Shown one piece after another: positions 29,684 to 39,018 of a DNA stretch of 64,000 nucleotides. The number at the start of each line of letters is the position of its first letter. Position 1 is the stretch's first letter. The stretch comes from Candidatus Micrarchaeota archaeon (GTDB lineage Archaea > Micrarchaeota > Micrarchaeia > Norongarragalinales > Norongarragalinaceae), in contig JACQQD010000001.1 of NCBI GenBank assembly GCA_016207165.1, positions 116,643-180,642 on the forward strand, written 5' to 3'. Under the pieces are notes generated by a model. The model saw only the letters and a list, made by a program, of their open reading frames with translations, ran no database searches and was not told where the DNA came from. The position numbers were made by a program, and so were the translations under genes.

Positions 29684-30619
29684 TCACGCGGGCGGATGCA
29701 AAAACGAGTCGCAGCCCGCCGGCGTCTCGATCTGCAGAAACAAGAGCAGTTTGACGTAGCCGATGTACGGAATTTTGAATAAGACGTTTCCTTTTACAGG
29801 CACCTGGCTTTCGGACTGCCAGACGAATCCATTCTTCCAAGAAAGAATGCCCAGCAGGGGTAGGTTCAAAAGCACGCGGTCAGCCGTCTTGGCGGGGATG
29901 AGTTTGAACCCGCTTTGCTGGTCCAAAAACGGATTGTTGTCGCCTTTCGTCAAATAGTATGTTCCGTCCGTGGCCTCCAGCACGGCAAAGAGGCGGTGGA
30001 CGATGAGGCCCGCCGATGTGTTCGAGTCAAACACCGAAATGGAGCTGGATTCAAGCACGGAAATTTTTTGGCCTTGAAGCGTGACGCCGGAAAGGCAAAC
30101 CGTGGTGCGGTTGCCGTCCGCGCTTTGCCTCTGGCACGTGGAAATGACGGGTTCAAAGAGGGGTTGCCCGTTGACGTGGGGCTGAAGCACGCGGGCCACG
30201 GTTTGGCCTTGGAGTTGGATTTCGGCGGGCGCGTATTGCGTCTCGTCTAGGGCAAAGGGCACCGAGACGTTGGGGGCGTCGGGTTTTCCGCCGTAAAGGA
30301 AAATCAAGTCGCCGCGCTCGTACCCCGGCAGCATGCTGCACGACGTAATGATGTTGATGGGGCTGGCGGTGTTCAATAGGAAACTCAACAAAAGCCACGC
30401 GCTCAGCGCGATGCCGGCGCTGGCCGCCAATTCCTTCCAGTTCTGCGTGTACTGGAACTCCACGTAAAGAACTCCGGCAAGAAACGCCAACGCCACCAGC
30501 GCCAAGACGGGGTGCTGGGTGAGGGCGAACAGGACGACCGAGAGAAGGAGTCCGAATAACAGGAGGTACTGCGCATTTTTGGAGAGTTTAGGCTTTGCGG
30601 AGGGCTTCTTCGAAGGCAT
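29684..30619 (-). CDS. Archaeal signal peptidase I (S26) with insertion
   Basis: TSCSM.P...RGDL, IVHR, TKGDNN, IPYIGY. Confidence 0.85.
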   Translation of the reverse strand: MPSKKPSAKPKLSKNAQYLLLFGLLLSVVLFALTQHPVLALVALAFLAGVLYVEFQYTQNWKELAASAGIALSAWLLLSFLLNTASPINIITSCSMLPGYERGDLIFLYGGKPDAPNVSVPFALDETQYAPAEIQLQGQTVARVLQPHVNGQPLFEPVISTCQRQSADGNRTTVCLSGVTLQGQKISVLESSSISVFDSNTSAGLIVHRLFAVLEATDGTYYLTKGDNNPFLDQQSGFKLIPAKTADRVLLNLPLLGILSWKNGFVWQSESQVPVKGNVLFKIPYIGYVKLLLFLQIETPAGCDSFLHPPA

Positions 30620-30845
30620 GGCCTTCCTCCTTGACGGCTTTCACGGCGTTAGCGACTTCCTTCTTGAGGTTCTTGCCCTTGACGTGCAGGATGGGGTTTC
30701 GTTTGGTGGGGTGGTCGTACACGGCCGAGGCAAACGTCACATCCTTGTTTTCCAATAGTTTTTCCGCCAGGGCTTGGGCCACGCCCATGTCGACGCCTTC
30801 CAGCAACAGTTTGAGGCTTCCTCGGTCTTCTTCCAAGATTTTCAT
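30588..30845 (-). CDS. rpoL: RNA polymerase subunit L (Rpo11)
   Basis: V.FASA..DHP motif, size, csl4-rpoL synteny. Confidence 0.8.
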   Translation of the reverse strand: MKILEEDRGSLKLLLEGVDMGVAQALAEKLLENKDVTFASAVYDHPTKRNPILHVKGKNLKKEVANAVKAVKEEGHAFEEALRKA

Positions 30846-30854
30846 GTGGTTTGC

Positions 30855-31391
30855 TTACCTCGAATTGGTTTTTAGAGCGATTTTGCGTTGTTGGCGTCGG
30901 CCGCAGTTCTTGCACGTCAGGTCGCGTTTGGTTACCGGCAATTCGTGGCGGCACGAGGCGCAGAACGCTCGGACGACGCCCAAGTCGGCGTCGGCCATGG
31001 TCAAATAGATGCCCAAGGGCTTCACTTCGTGCACGCGGGCACGGACAAAATCGCCGATGCGGAACACGTCGCGGAAGTGCTCGGTGAATCCGCGCTGGAC
31101 ATGCGCGATGCGCATGTACGCGTACGTGTTGGTGGCGGCCCGGTAGGGCACGGACTGGAATTCAAGCAGGGCCACTTGGTCGTAGACGTTCCGCACGATG
31201 GAGTACACCAAGTCGCCGCGGGCCAACGCCCGAACGGCTTTTTGGTTTTCGACTTTCGCCACCGCGTTCTCCATTTTGGCGGTTCCCGGAATGCTGGCGT
31301 AGACGATGCCTTCTTCCTCGAAAGCGCCAAAACCCGGCTGGAATTCCTCGACGATGGCCAACTGGTCTCCTGGAATGCTCAAGTCAATCAC
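30855..31391 (-). CDS. csl4: Exosome subunit Csl4
   Basis: PGD.L...EEF.PG.G, S1 domain, LGVVRAFC..C...C..CG...RK. Confidence 0.9.
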   Translation of the reverse strand: MIDLSIPGDQLAIVEEFQPGFGAFEEEGIVYASIPGTAKMENAVAKVENQKAVRALARGDLVYSIVRNVYDQVALLEFQSVPYRAATNTYAYMRIAHVQRGFTEHFRDVFRIGDFVRARVHEVKPLGIYLTMADADLGVVRAFCASCRHELPVTKRDLTCKNCGRRQQRKIALKTNSR

Positions 31392-31753
31392 TGGTTCTGC
31401 AGGGCCATGAGGTTCTTCATGAGCGCGTCCGCGGTTTCCACGTTCTTTTTCACGGCCGAAGCGGCCTGGTCCGGTTTTTTTTCGACGGCCTGCACCGTGG
31501 CCTGGGTTTGCTTTTGGAATTTTTCGTTTTGTTCCGCGATTTTGTCGGCGTGCTCTTCCGACAATTCGCCGTGCACGTCTTGCACGATGGAATGCGTTTC
31601 GCGGGCGATGTGCTCCACGATGCTTTTCGTGATGTCCGCGTGGTCGGCTTTTTGGTCTTTGACGGCGTCTTTGAGTACGGCGACCAACTCGTTTAAACCC
31701 ATTAGGCGGCCTTCGATATACGCCTCTTTAGGGGTCGTGGATTTGGGTTCCAT
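31388..31753 (-). CDS. Hypothetical helical protein
   Basis: ORF coupled to csl4. Confidence 0.65.
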   Translation of the reverse strand: MEPKSTTPKEAYIEGRLMGLNELVAVLKDAVKDQKADHADITKSIVEHIARETHSIVQDVHGELSEEHADKIAEQNEKFQKQTQATVQAVEKKPDQAASAVKKNVETADALMKNLMALQNQ

Positions 31754-31794
31754 GGATGTAACGTTTGGGTTTTCAACGGTATAAAAAGCTTGTA

Positions 31795-32754
31795 CTAGGC
31801 CGCGTTGGCGTCGTCCTTGTAGGCTTTGACCAATTCCTTGGCCAGCTTCTTTTCGTCCACGCCCCGGTTTTTCAGGCTCCGGGTGATGCCTTGGGCCAAG
31901 TCCGAGAGCTCCACGGGCAGAATGATTTTGGAGCTTCGGCCGTCCGCCACGCGCTTGAGCGTGTCCAAATAAAGGTAGGCAATGGTTTTTTCGTCCATGT
32001 CCTGCGTGGCTTCGTTCAGGATGCGCACGGCTTCGCGGCGGGCCGCGGCCTCGATTTCGATTTTCTCCTTGTATTGCTTGGCTTCTTCCCGGCGGCGAAA
32101 CGCATCTTCCAGTCCTTGCGGCAATTCAATGTCGGTAATTTCCACGTTGATGGCCTTGATGCCCCAGTCGTCTTCCACCTGCTTGAGGGCCAGATAGAGT
32201 TTCGCGTTGAGTTCATCCATGTTCTCCAAGACATCCTGCATGGGCAAGCGGCCGATTTGCGACCGCAATTCGCCGTGCAAAAGATGGGAAACGGCGTTCG
32301 TGATGTCTTTGACTTCAATGACGGCCTTTTTGGCGTCGACGATGCGGATGTACGCAATGGCGTCGATGCGAAGCCGAATGTCTTCCTTGGTAATGACGTC
32401 CTGGGGATCCACGTCCAGCGTCTGGGTGCGCATGTCCACGACTTCCACGGTCTGAAATGCCGGGAACAAGACGTGCCATCCGGGCTGGGCCACGTACTGG
32501 AACCGGCCAAGCCTAAAAATCACGCCCCGCTCGTACTCCTTGAATTCGTAAAGCCGGGGTGCCAACGCGGCTAAAAGAGCGATGAGGGCCAAGGCAAAGA
32601 CGGCCAGTGCGGGCGGGAGGTTGAAGACGAAAATCATGCCCAGCGGAATGGCCAGGGCCGCGGCCAAAAGCAAGACGAAGATGACCGGCTCACGCTTGGG
32701 CACGTCCTGCCCATGGCCCTTGGTTCCGCCTCCTCCGCGACCGTGATCCGCCAT
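31795..32754 (-). CDS. SPFH/stomatin (band 7) protein
   Basis: EYERGVIFRLGR, VDMRTQTLDV.PQDVITK. Confidence 0.92.
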   Translation of the reverse strand: MADHGRGGGGTKGHGQDVPKREPVIFVLLLAAALAIPLGMIFVFNLPPALAVFALALIALLAALAPRLYEFKEYERGVIFRLGRFQYVAQPGWHVLFPAFQTVEVVDMRTQTLDVDPQDVITKEDIRLRIDAIAYIRIVDAKKAVIEVKDITNAVSHLLHGELRSQIGRLPMQDVLENMDELNAKLYLALKQVEDDWGIKAINVEITDIELPQGLEDAFRRREEAKQYKEKIEIEAAARREAVRILNEATQDMDEKTIAYLYLDTLKRVADGRSSKIILPVELSDLAQGITRSLKNRGVDEKKLAKELVKAYKDDANAA

Positions 32755-32893
32755 ATGTTATTACTACTCTTAAGTAGCATCTTTAAAAGCTTTGGGTTTT
32801 GGCTTTCAAAGCCTTTTTATTGGCCCGTGCGCCTAGTTCGTTTCCGAATGCCTTTGGAGCTAAACGCCACCGAAGGCCATGCGTGATTTAAAC

Positions 32894-34039
32894 ATGCGAG
32901 CAATCATTTTGGCGGGCGGGTATGGAAAACGCTTGGCCCCATTGACGTTGCGCTTGCCCAAGGCCTTGGTGGCGGTAGCTGGGGAACCCATCATTTCCCA
33001 TTTGTTGCACCTGATTTCCGAGGCTCATATCACCCGGGCCGTCATTTCCTTGAACAAGAACCAAAAACAAATCGAGGAATTCTTTGGAGACGGCTCGGAT
33101 TTCGGCGTTTCCGTGGAGTACCACTACGAGCACTCGGAAAGCGATTTGGACAAGCCCGGCGCCGTGGGGGCGCTCTCGGAACTGGTTTCCGAATTGGGGC
33201 CGGAGGAGAGCTTCGTCATCGGCGGCGACAACATCGTCTACGGATTGGACTTGGACAAGATGCTGGCGTTTCACAAGTCCAGCCGCGCCGCGGCCACGTT
33301 GGCGCTGTACGAATTGTCCAACCCGCGCCTGGTGGAATTGTACGGCGTGTGCAAGACGGAGCCGGACGGCCGCATCGCCGCCTTCCAGGAAAAGCCTTCG
33401 GCCAAAGACGCCGTTTCCAGGCTGGCGTCCACCGCCGTGTACGTCATGGGCGAATCGTTTCTGCGCGAGAAGCTGCCGGCCTACGTCCAGGAAAAAAAAG
33501 GCGAGGCCGACCGTATCGGGGATTTGTGGCTCCATTACTTGGATTCCGAGGACTTGTACGGTTTTGCGTTTTCCGGGGTTTGGGGCGACGCGAACTCGCC
33601 GGAAAGCTATTTGGAAACCCATCAGCGCGTCATGCAATACCAAGGCGAACGCGTGGATGTCGACGAATCCGCTTCCGTGTCACCGGACGCGCAACTGGTC
33701 TCGCCGGTGGTCATCGGGCCGGATTGCGTCGTTGAAGCCGGGGCGGTGGTCGGTCCGTTCACGACGCTGGGAGCCCGCGTCTGTCTTGGCAAAGGGGCCA
33801 TCGTCGCCAAAAGCATTCTCTACGACGGCGTGTCGTTGGGCCAAAAAACCCATGTGGACGCGTCGGTTTTGGATCAAGGCGTGCGATTGGAGGACGAGGC
33901 CCGCGTGGAAAAGCATGCGGTGCTGGGTGAACGGGTGCGTTTGGAGAAAGCCGCGCGCGTCCTGATGGGCTCGCGCATTTGGCCGAAAATGAATTTGGAT
34001 GCCCAATCGGTGGTCCGCGGATGCCTGTCGTACGACTGA
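32894..34039 (+). CDS. Sugar-phosphate nucleotidyltransferase (GDP-mannose pyrophosphorylase-like) with hexapeptide repeats
   Basis: ILAGGYGKRL.PLT...PK, FQEKP, left-handed beta-helix tail. Confidence 0.9.
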   Translation: MRAIILAGGYGKRLAPLTLRLPKALVAVAGEPIISHLLHLISEAHITRAVISLNKNQKQIEEFFGDGSDFGVSVEYHYEHSESDLDKPGAVGALSELVSELGPEESFVIGGDNIVYGLDLDKMLAFHKSSRAAATLALYELSNPRLVELYGVCKTEPDGRIAAFQEKPSAKDAVSRLASTAVYVMGESFLREKLPAYVQEKKGEADRIGDLWLHYLDSEDLYGFAFSGVWGDANSPESYLETHQRVMQYQGERVDVDESASVSPDAQLVSPVVIGPDCVVEAGAVVGPFTTLGARVCLGKGAIVAKSILYDGVSLGQKTHVDASVLDQGVRLEDEARVEKHAVLGERVRLEKAARVLMGSRIWPKMNLDAQSVVRGCLSYD

Positions 34040-35394
34040 ACCCGGACATGTTCCGCGCGTACGACATCCGAGGCATCGTCGGAGAGGACCTCAACGACGC
34101 CGTCTTTGAACGCCTGGGCCAGGCCTTCGGGCAATACCTGCGCGAACGCTCTGGAAACAAGCCGTCGTGTGCCGTCGGCGGCGACAACCGCGAATCGTCG
34201 GCTTCCTATTTGAGCGCCTTCACCACGGGCTTGCTTTCCGTGGGCTGCGACGTGATGCACGTCGGCGAGATCACGACTCCCGGCCTTTACTTTGCCAATT
34301 CCTTTTTGAAAACCACCGGCGCGGCCGCGGTGACGGCGTCGCACAACCCGCCGAAGTACAACGGCGTGAAGTTCATTTTCCAAGGAAAAAGCGCGGGCGG
34401 AGCCGAGGTCCAGCGCGTGCGCGAACTGGCCGAGAAAAACTCGTTTTCAAAAGGGCAAGCCACCCTCTCCAAAAAGGACGTCACGCCGGCTTATTTGGAG
34501 GCCTTGTCGGAAAATGCCGAGCCCCTCAAACTCAAGGTGGTGGCGGACTGCGGCAACGGCGTGGCCTCCGATTTCGCTGTTTCCTACTTGAAGTCGCTGG
34601 GTTGCGACGTGGTGCCGCTTCACTGCGATTCCTCCAAGCCTTTTTCCGTGCACGTGCCGGACCCCGTGGACCCCGACAACTACGTGGATTTGGCGGCCGC
34701 CGTCCGCAAGCACGAGGCCGACGTGGGCTTGTTGTTTGACGGCGACGGCGACCGCGTGGGCGCCGTGGACGAGTTCGGTGGCATCGTGTCACCCGACAAG
34801 ATGTTGATCTTGTTCGCGCGCAAGTTCCTCAAGGAAAACCCCGGCGAAAAAGTCGTCATTGAAATCAAGTGTTCGCAGGCCGTTCAGGACGAAGTCGAGA
34901 AGCTCGGCGGAACGGCGGTGTGGGCGCCCACAGGCAGAACGGTGATTGAAGACGTTTTGTTCAAGGAACACGCGAAGCTGGCTGGGGAAATGTCGGGCCA
35001 CTTTTTCTTTTTGAACGGCCGGGCGTGGCTTTCCGAATCGCTGTACGCGGCACGGCAGTTGCTTGAAATCATCGCTGAAAACGGTTCGCTTTCCAAGCAG
35101 GTCGCTTCCATGCCGAAGTACGTGTCGTCCCGCGAGTACCGAGTGGACGTCACTGACGGGGAAAAATTCCGAATCGTTTCGAAACTGTCCAGCCAATTCA
35201 AGAAGACGCACCGCGTTTTGGAACTGGATGGCGCCAAGGTGTTGTTTGACGATGGTTGGGGCTTGGTTCGAGCGTCCAATTCCGAAGCCAAGGTGTCCCT
35301 CCGGTTTGAATCCAAAACGCGGAAGGGCTTGGCGGCGATTGAGTCCGCTTTCAAGGAAAAACTCTTGGCCGCAGGCGTGTCCGTGCCGTTTTAG
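34021..35394 (+). CDS. Phosphomannomutase/phosphoglucomutase
   Basis: FRAYDIRG, TASHNP, FDGDGDR, GEMSGH. Confidence 0.95.
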   Translation: MPVVRLNPDMFRAYDIRGIVGEDLNDAVFERLGQAFGQYLRERSGNKPSCAVGGDNRESSASYLSAFTTGLLSVGCDVMHVGEITTPGLYFANSFLKTTGAAAVTASHNPPKYNGVKFIFQGKSAGGAEVQRVRELAEKNSFSKGQATLSKKDVTPAYLEALSENAEPLKLKVVADCGNGVASDFAVSYLKSLGCDVVPLHCDSSKPFSVHVPDPVDPDNYVDLAAAVRKHEADVGLLFDGDGDRVGAVDEFGGIVSPDKMLILFARKFLKENPGEKVVIEIKCSQAVQDEVEKLGGTAVWAPTGRTVIEDVLFKEHAKLAGEMSGHFFFLNGRAWLSESLYAARQLLEIIAENGSLSKQVASMPKYVSSREYRVDVTDGEKFRIVSKLSSQFKKTHRVLELDGAKVLFDDGWGLVRASNSEAKVSLRFESKTRKGLAAIESAFKEKLLAAGVSVPF

Positions 35395-35783
35395 AGTCTC
35401 AATTCTTCCGGACGAATGATTTGGATTCCGCGAAATTCCTTGAGTTTCAGCAAGTGCCGATCGTACGTGAGGATATGGGTCGCATGGCCGTCTACCGCAC
35501 ACGCCAGTACCTTGTCGTCTTCGGGGTCATCTTTCACGGCGTGTATGACCGTCGTTACTGCAACTATGTTTGTCAGCGCGGTGACTCTTGACGTGGCGTC
35601 TTGCACTTCTCTGGTCTGGTACTCGAAGTCCCTATGCAAGACGGATTGAAGTTCTTCAAGGATTTCTTTTGAAACCAACAGGGTTGCATGTGTCTTGTGC
35701 AACGCGCGGATTTTTTTGTCCGCCTCGCTACCGTCCCACTGGGTGGCAGAAACTAAAATGTTCGTATCCAGCACCACCCGCAT
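35391..35783 (-). CDS. PIN-domain toxin
   Basis: VVLDTNILVSA, DPEDDKVL, ILTYD.HLL. Confidence 0.9.
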   Translation of the reverse strand: MRVVLDTNILVSATQWDGSEADKKIRALHKTHATLLVSKEILEELQSVLHRDFEYQTREVQDATSRVTALTNIVAVTTVIHAVKDDPEDDKVLACAVDGHATHILTYDRHLLKLKEFRGIQIIRPEELRL

Positions 35784-35786
35784 GTT

Positions 35787-36062
35787 TCAGAAACGCCTTT
35801 TCCGATGCTTTTCAATGAGGTCCGGAATATCCCTTTCAGTCAATCCCTTCTTTTGTAGCCGTTTCTTGCCTTCTTTTCCCATGGTTTCCCAATCCTTCCA
35901 AAACTGTTCTTCCGTCGGCGGAAGCATGCGTTTAAGTACAATCGTGTCGCCGCGGACCGCCAAGGCAAACGCCGTGCCCTCTTCAATGCCCATTTCGTCC
36001 CGCGTTTCTTTAGGAATCACGAGCTGTCCCTTGCTGGATACTTTTACGATTTCAACGTGCAT
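35787..36062 (-). CDS. AbrB/MazE-type antitoxin
   Basis: VSSKGQLVIPKE.R..MGIEEG; directly upstream of the PIN gene. Confidence 0.9.
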   Translation of the reverse strand: MHVEIVKVSSKGQLVIPKETRDEMGIEEGTAFALAVRGDTIVLKRMLPPTEEQFWKDWETMGKEGKKRLQKKGLTERDIPDLIEKHRKRRF

Positions 36063-36241
36063 GGCCTTCTCCTCCACGGTCCAAAAATCCATAAATCTTA
36101 CTTTTGGATTCGGCCTATTAATGCTTTTCGGAATTCGCGGCAAACCTGACCCGCACTTGAAACCCCTTAAAAACGTCTTTGGACACAAGAATTTTCCTGA
36201 TTCGCCCAGTTTCTGTTTATTCAGTTACTGGCAATCAAGAC

Positions 36242-36371
36242 GCCGAGGTAGCTCAGCCTGGCTAGAGCGCTAGACTCATATGCCCGTTTCCTTGTTTAGG
36301 GAGCGGTGGAATTCTATGCCGGTGGTTGCTGGGCCATCTAGAAGTCGAGGGTTCAAATCCCTCCCTCGGCA
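36242..36371 (+). tRNA. tRNA-Met(CAT) with 55-nt intron at 37/38 (36281-36335)
   Basis: GCCGAGG/CCTCGGC acceptor stem, CTAGA-CTCATA..ATCTAG anticodon arm, GAGGG-TTCAAAT-CCCTC T arm. Confidence 0.92.
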
Positions 36372-37471
36372 TGACCCGGAAAGTTCATGTGCCGCACTCC
36401 ATCAAGATTCAAACGAGCGTACTGTTTGAGCAAATCCATTTTGCCTTCGTCAAAGATTTTCCTGACGATTTGACGCATCAAGTCCTTGTCCTTCCGGATC
36501 AATTCGACGACTTCATCCGAAAAGCCTTCCAGGAATTCCTCGGGAGACGTGGCCCCCATTTTCTGCAATTCACCCATGAGCGCCTGCTCTCCGGAGTGAT
36601 CGTACACTGAAAGCATGTTGGACTTCTTGGACCACCGCGCAAACGTGCGCGTCGCCGAATCACTAGCGCCGTTGGCCCGCAACTGCGTGATCTTGGAGTG
36701 CCGGAACCAATGCGGGTTGATCCGCTTCTTGACGCCGGCACGCTGGCCGAGGCCACGCAAGAACTTGGCCAAGTTCGCCGGCTCCAACGCATCACCATGA
36801 AAATTCAGCCAAAGCGGGGCCTCCGAATCCGATTTCTTCGGGTGTTCACGCAAGTACGCCCGGAACAAGTCGACGGCGTGACGATTGATCACCGGCACGC
36901 GGCCGTTCCGGTACGGCGTCTTGGTACCATGAAAGTGAAAGATCAAAAACGGCGGCCGATCCGTGACGTCGCCCACCTTCAAATCCGTGAACTCCTTGGC
37001 GGCGCCCCCGGATTCAAACAAGCACCGCACCACAACTTGCTCCCGCACGCTGCGACACGCCGCCTCCAAGCGCGTGATGTCCTCATCGGTGAGAACCTCG
37101 TTCTCCGGAATCAATTTGTCCGCCGGCCGAACCACGCGCACCCGGCCCGCCCGCTTGGCGTCACCATCCAAGAACCGGTAAAACTTTTTGAGAGCCACCT
37201 GGTAGTCGTGCTTGGTCCACGCCCGCCACTTGCTCGTGTTAATGGCCACTAGGACGGCATCCAAGTCTTCGTCCTGGAGATCCACCAACGCCTTGGAAGT
37301 CAAGCGCTTGATGGACGTAAAATTGCTGATGTACTTGCTCAACCGCAACTCGCCCACGCCCTGGGCCTGCAAGTTGTTCAAGAACCGCGTGATGGCCTCC
37401 TTGTCCCGCGCCGAAAAAGTAGACCTAGCCAACGACAGCTGGCGTTGCGCGTACAAAGCCACTCCATCCAT
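36353..37471 (-). CDS. Tyrosine recombinase/integrase; C-terminus reads through attL
   Basis: GTKT, HWFRH, W.KKSNM...Y.H; first catalytic Arg appears replaced (ESGGAAKE). Confidence 0.9.
   Translation of the reverse strand: MDGVALYAQRQLSLARSTFSARDKEAITRFLNNLQAQGVGELRLSKYISNFTSIKRLTSKALVDLQDEDLDAVLVAINTSKWRAWTKHDYQVALKKFYRFLDGDAKRAGRVRVVRPADKLIPENEVLTDEDITRLEAACRSVREQVVVRCLFESGGAAKEFTDLKVGDVTDRPPFLIFHFHGTKTPYRNGRVPVINRHAVDLFRAYLREHPKKSDSEAPLWLNFHGDALEPANLAKFLRGLGQRAGVKKRINPHWFRHSKITQLRANGASDSATRTFARWSKKSNMLSVYDHSGEQALMGELQKMGATSPEEFLEGFSDEVVELIRKDKDLMRQIVRKIFDEGKMDLLKQYARLNLDGVRHMNFPGHAEGGI
36359..36373 (+). repeat. attL core CCCTCCCTCGGCATG
   Basis: tRNA 3' end; identical to 48040-48054. 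Confidence 0.9.
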
Positions 37472-37637
37472 TACAGGTACCCTTCCTCTCGCGCTACTTT
37501 AAGCAAATCCAATAAAAAACGCATTCTCGACCGCGACACTCAAACCACCAAGAAAACCCGGTCGCCCACGCGCTCAACCACGCCGTGCGGAAACAAGCTT
37601 AACGCTTCCACCGGCACCCTTGAAATATCCCAACGCC

Positions 37638-37772
37638 TCACGCCGACCCCTCCGCATACTTCTGCAAAACGCACGACCGGATCAACTCACTGCGAGACAA
37701 GCCGATACGCTCCGACTCCTTGTCCAACAACTTGACAATTTTCTCCGGCAACGAAATTGAAACAAGTTCCAT
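37638..37772 (-). CDS. Ribbon-helix-helix (CopG-like) protein, 44 aa
   Basis: Translated by hand: MELVSISLPEKIVKLLDKESERIGLSRSELIRSCVLQKYAEGSA. Confidence 0.8.
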   Translation of the reverse strand: MELVSISLPEKIVKLLDKESERIGLSRSELIRSCVLQKYAEGSA

Positions 37773-37854
37773 ACGAAGGCCTATCGGTTAACACTTAATC
37801 TATTCTTAAAGGTTTCGTTGCTTGCCAGTAGTTTAAGTACAAATCATATACGCT
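37773..37854. promoter_or_regulatory. Divergent promoter region of the provirus
   Basis: AT-rich; TTTAAG boxes on both strands (37831 +, ~37810 -); GCAACGAAA/TTTCGTTGC inverted repeat at 37748-37756 / 37813-37821. Confidence 0.5.
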
Positions 37855-38202
37855 ATGCGTATGGCGGACGAGCCGACTATTGAAGAAATGGTCCAACTCC
37901 TAAAGAAACGGCGTTTCCTGCCGTTTGGCCACTCGTCTTACTTGGCAATCTTCATCGCAATGCTGGAAAAACCGCTCTCCAAGGCCGAAATGCAGGAAAT
38001 CGCAGGGCCCACTCCGCAAGGCGCGTTCATTCGAATTTTTGCAGCCCCGGGCGTCGGCTTCATGAACCGCGTCTTCGGCAAAAGCAAGCAAGGTAGCGAC
38101 ATCGTCAAGTACGAGTTGACGGAGAACGGACGCCAATTCGTCCTGGATCAACTGGACCTACTCAAAACGTTTTATAAGGCCACAGAACCAAAAAAAGAGT
38201 GA
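37855..38202 (+). CDS. Winged-helix DNA-binding protein (putative repressor)
   Basis: PLSKAEM.EI...YELTENGR wing motif. Confidence 0.65.
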   Translation: MRMADEPTIEEMVQLLKKRRFLPFGHSSYLAIFIAMLEKPLSKAEMQEIAGPTPQGAFIRIFAAPGVGFMNRVFGKSKQGSDIVKYELTENGRQFVLDQLDLLKTFYKATEPKKE

Positions 38203-38209
38203 ACAGCCA

Positions 38210-38518
38210 ATGGACAACTTCGAAGCGCAAGTAATTTCAATAACCCCCGTTCACTGGCCGGATGGCACTCTTGCCGTTAGCGTCGTCTTCGGTAACCCCG
38301 TTGCCGTTCAACAAAAAACACCAGATCAAAAAAACGTCGTACACGTTCAATTGCCAGGCCAACTACAAAACCAAGCGGTTCCACTCGCAAATCGCGTTAT
38401 ACTTCTTTTAACCCAAAAAGAATGGGACCAACTTCAACACAAGCCGACATACGGGGAAGCTTTCACATTCGCATCAACGAAAAACGGTTTCAAATTTGAA
38501 CGGGCTGCAAAAAATTAA
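38210..38518 (+). CDS. Small beta-rich hypothetical protein
   Basis: ORF in operon with wHTH and hicBA. Confidence 0.6.
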   Translation: MDNFEAQVISITPVHWPDGTLAVSVVFGNPVAVQQKTPDQKNVVHVQLPGQLQNQAVPLANRVILLLTQKEWDQLQHKPTYGEAFTFASTKNGFKFERAAKN

Positions 38519-38519
38519 C

Positions 38520-38840
38520 ATGTTTTGTTTTGACCTCCGGTTCAACACAAAAAAAGACGGAAAATTTTGGTTTATCGAGTGCCCAGACTATCCCGTGTTC
38601 ACGCAAGGCCGAACCAAAAAAGAAGCCAAAGAAAACCTCAAAGAAGCATTTTTGCTTTACGCCTCCGATTCAGATGCACAAGCCAAGCATCCCGAGCTAA
38701 AGCAATTATTCGCCCAGCAGCCAACCCAAGTCAAGTCCCTTACCGTTACGTTCGCGGTACCCGTCGATTCTTTCCTCTCAGCCATTTATGCCCCGCTTGC
38801 CGATTCTGTCAGGAAAACAACTGGCGAAAATCCTCTGTAA
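38520..38840 (+). CDS. hicB: HicB-family antitoxin
   Basis: IECPDYPVFTQGRTKKEAKENLKEA..LY. Confidence 0.85.
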   Translation: MFCFDLRFNTKKDGKFWFIECPDYPVFTQGRTKKEAKENLKEAFLLYASDSDAQAKHPELKQLFAQQPTQVKSLTVTFAVPVDSFLSAIYAPLADSVRKTTGENPL

Positions 38841-39018
38841 ACACTTCGGCTTCACGGAATCCCGAATAGCTGGAAGCCACCTCATCCTGAAAGGCGCCCG
38901 AAACGGCCAAGCCAAGACCATTCCAATTCCACTGCACCCGGAAATCGGGCGGCACTTGTTGAGCAGGATACTAAAAGAAGCCGAAATTTCACGAGAAGAA
39001 TTCGAAAACGCGTTATAG
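38788..39018 (+). CDS. hicA: HicA-family toxin
   Basis: LP.LSGK.L..IL...GF...R..GSH.IL...IP.H.EI....L..IL.EA. Confidence 0.9.
   Translation: MPRLPILSGKQLAKILCKHFGFTESRIAGSHLILKGARNGQAKTIPIPLHPEIGRHLLSRILKEAEISREEFENAL

Noticed and set aside
35391-36062. AbrB-PIN toxin-antitoxin pair as part of the provirus
   Set aside because: It lies outside attL, upstream of the tRNA
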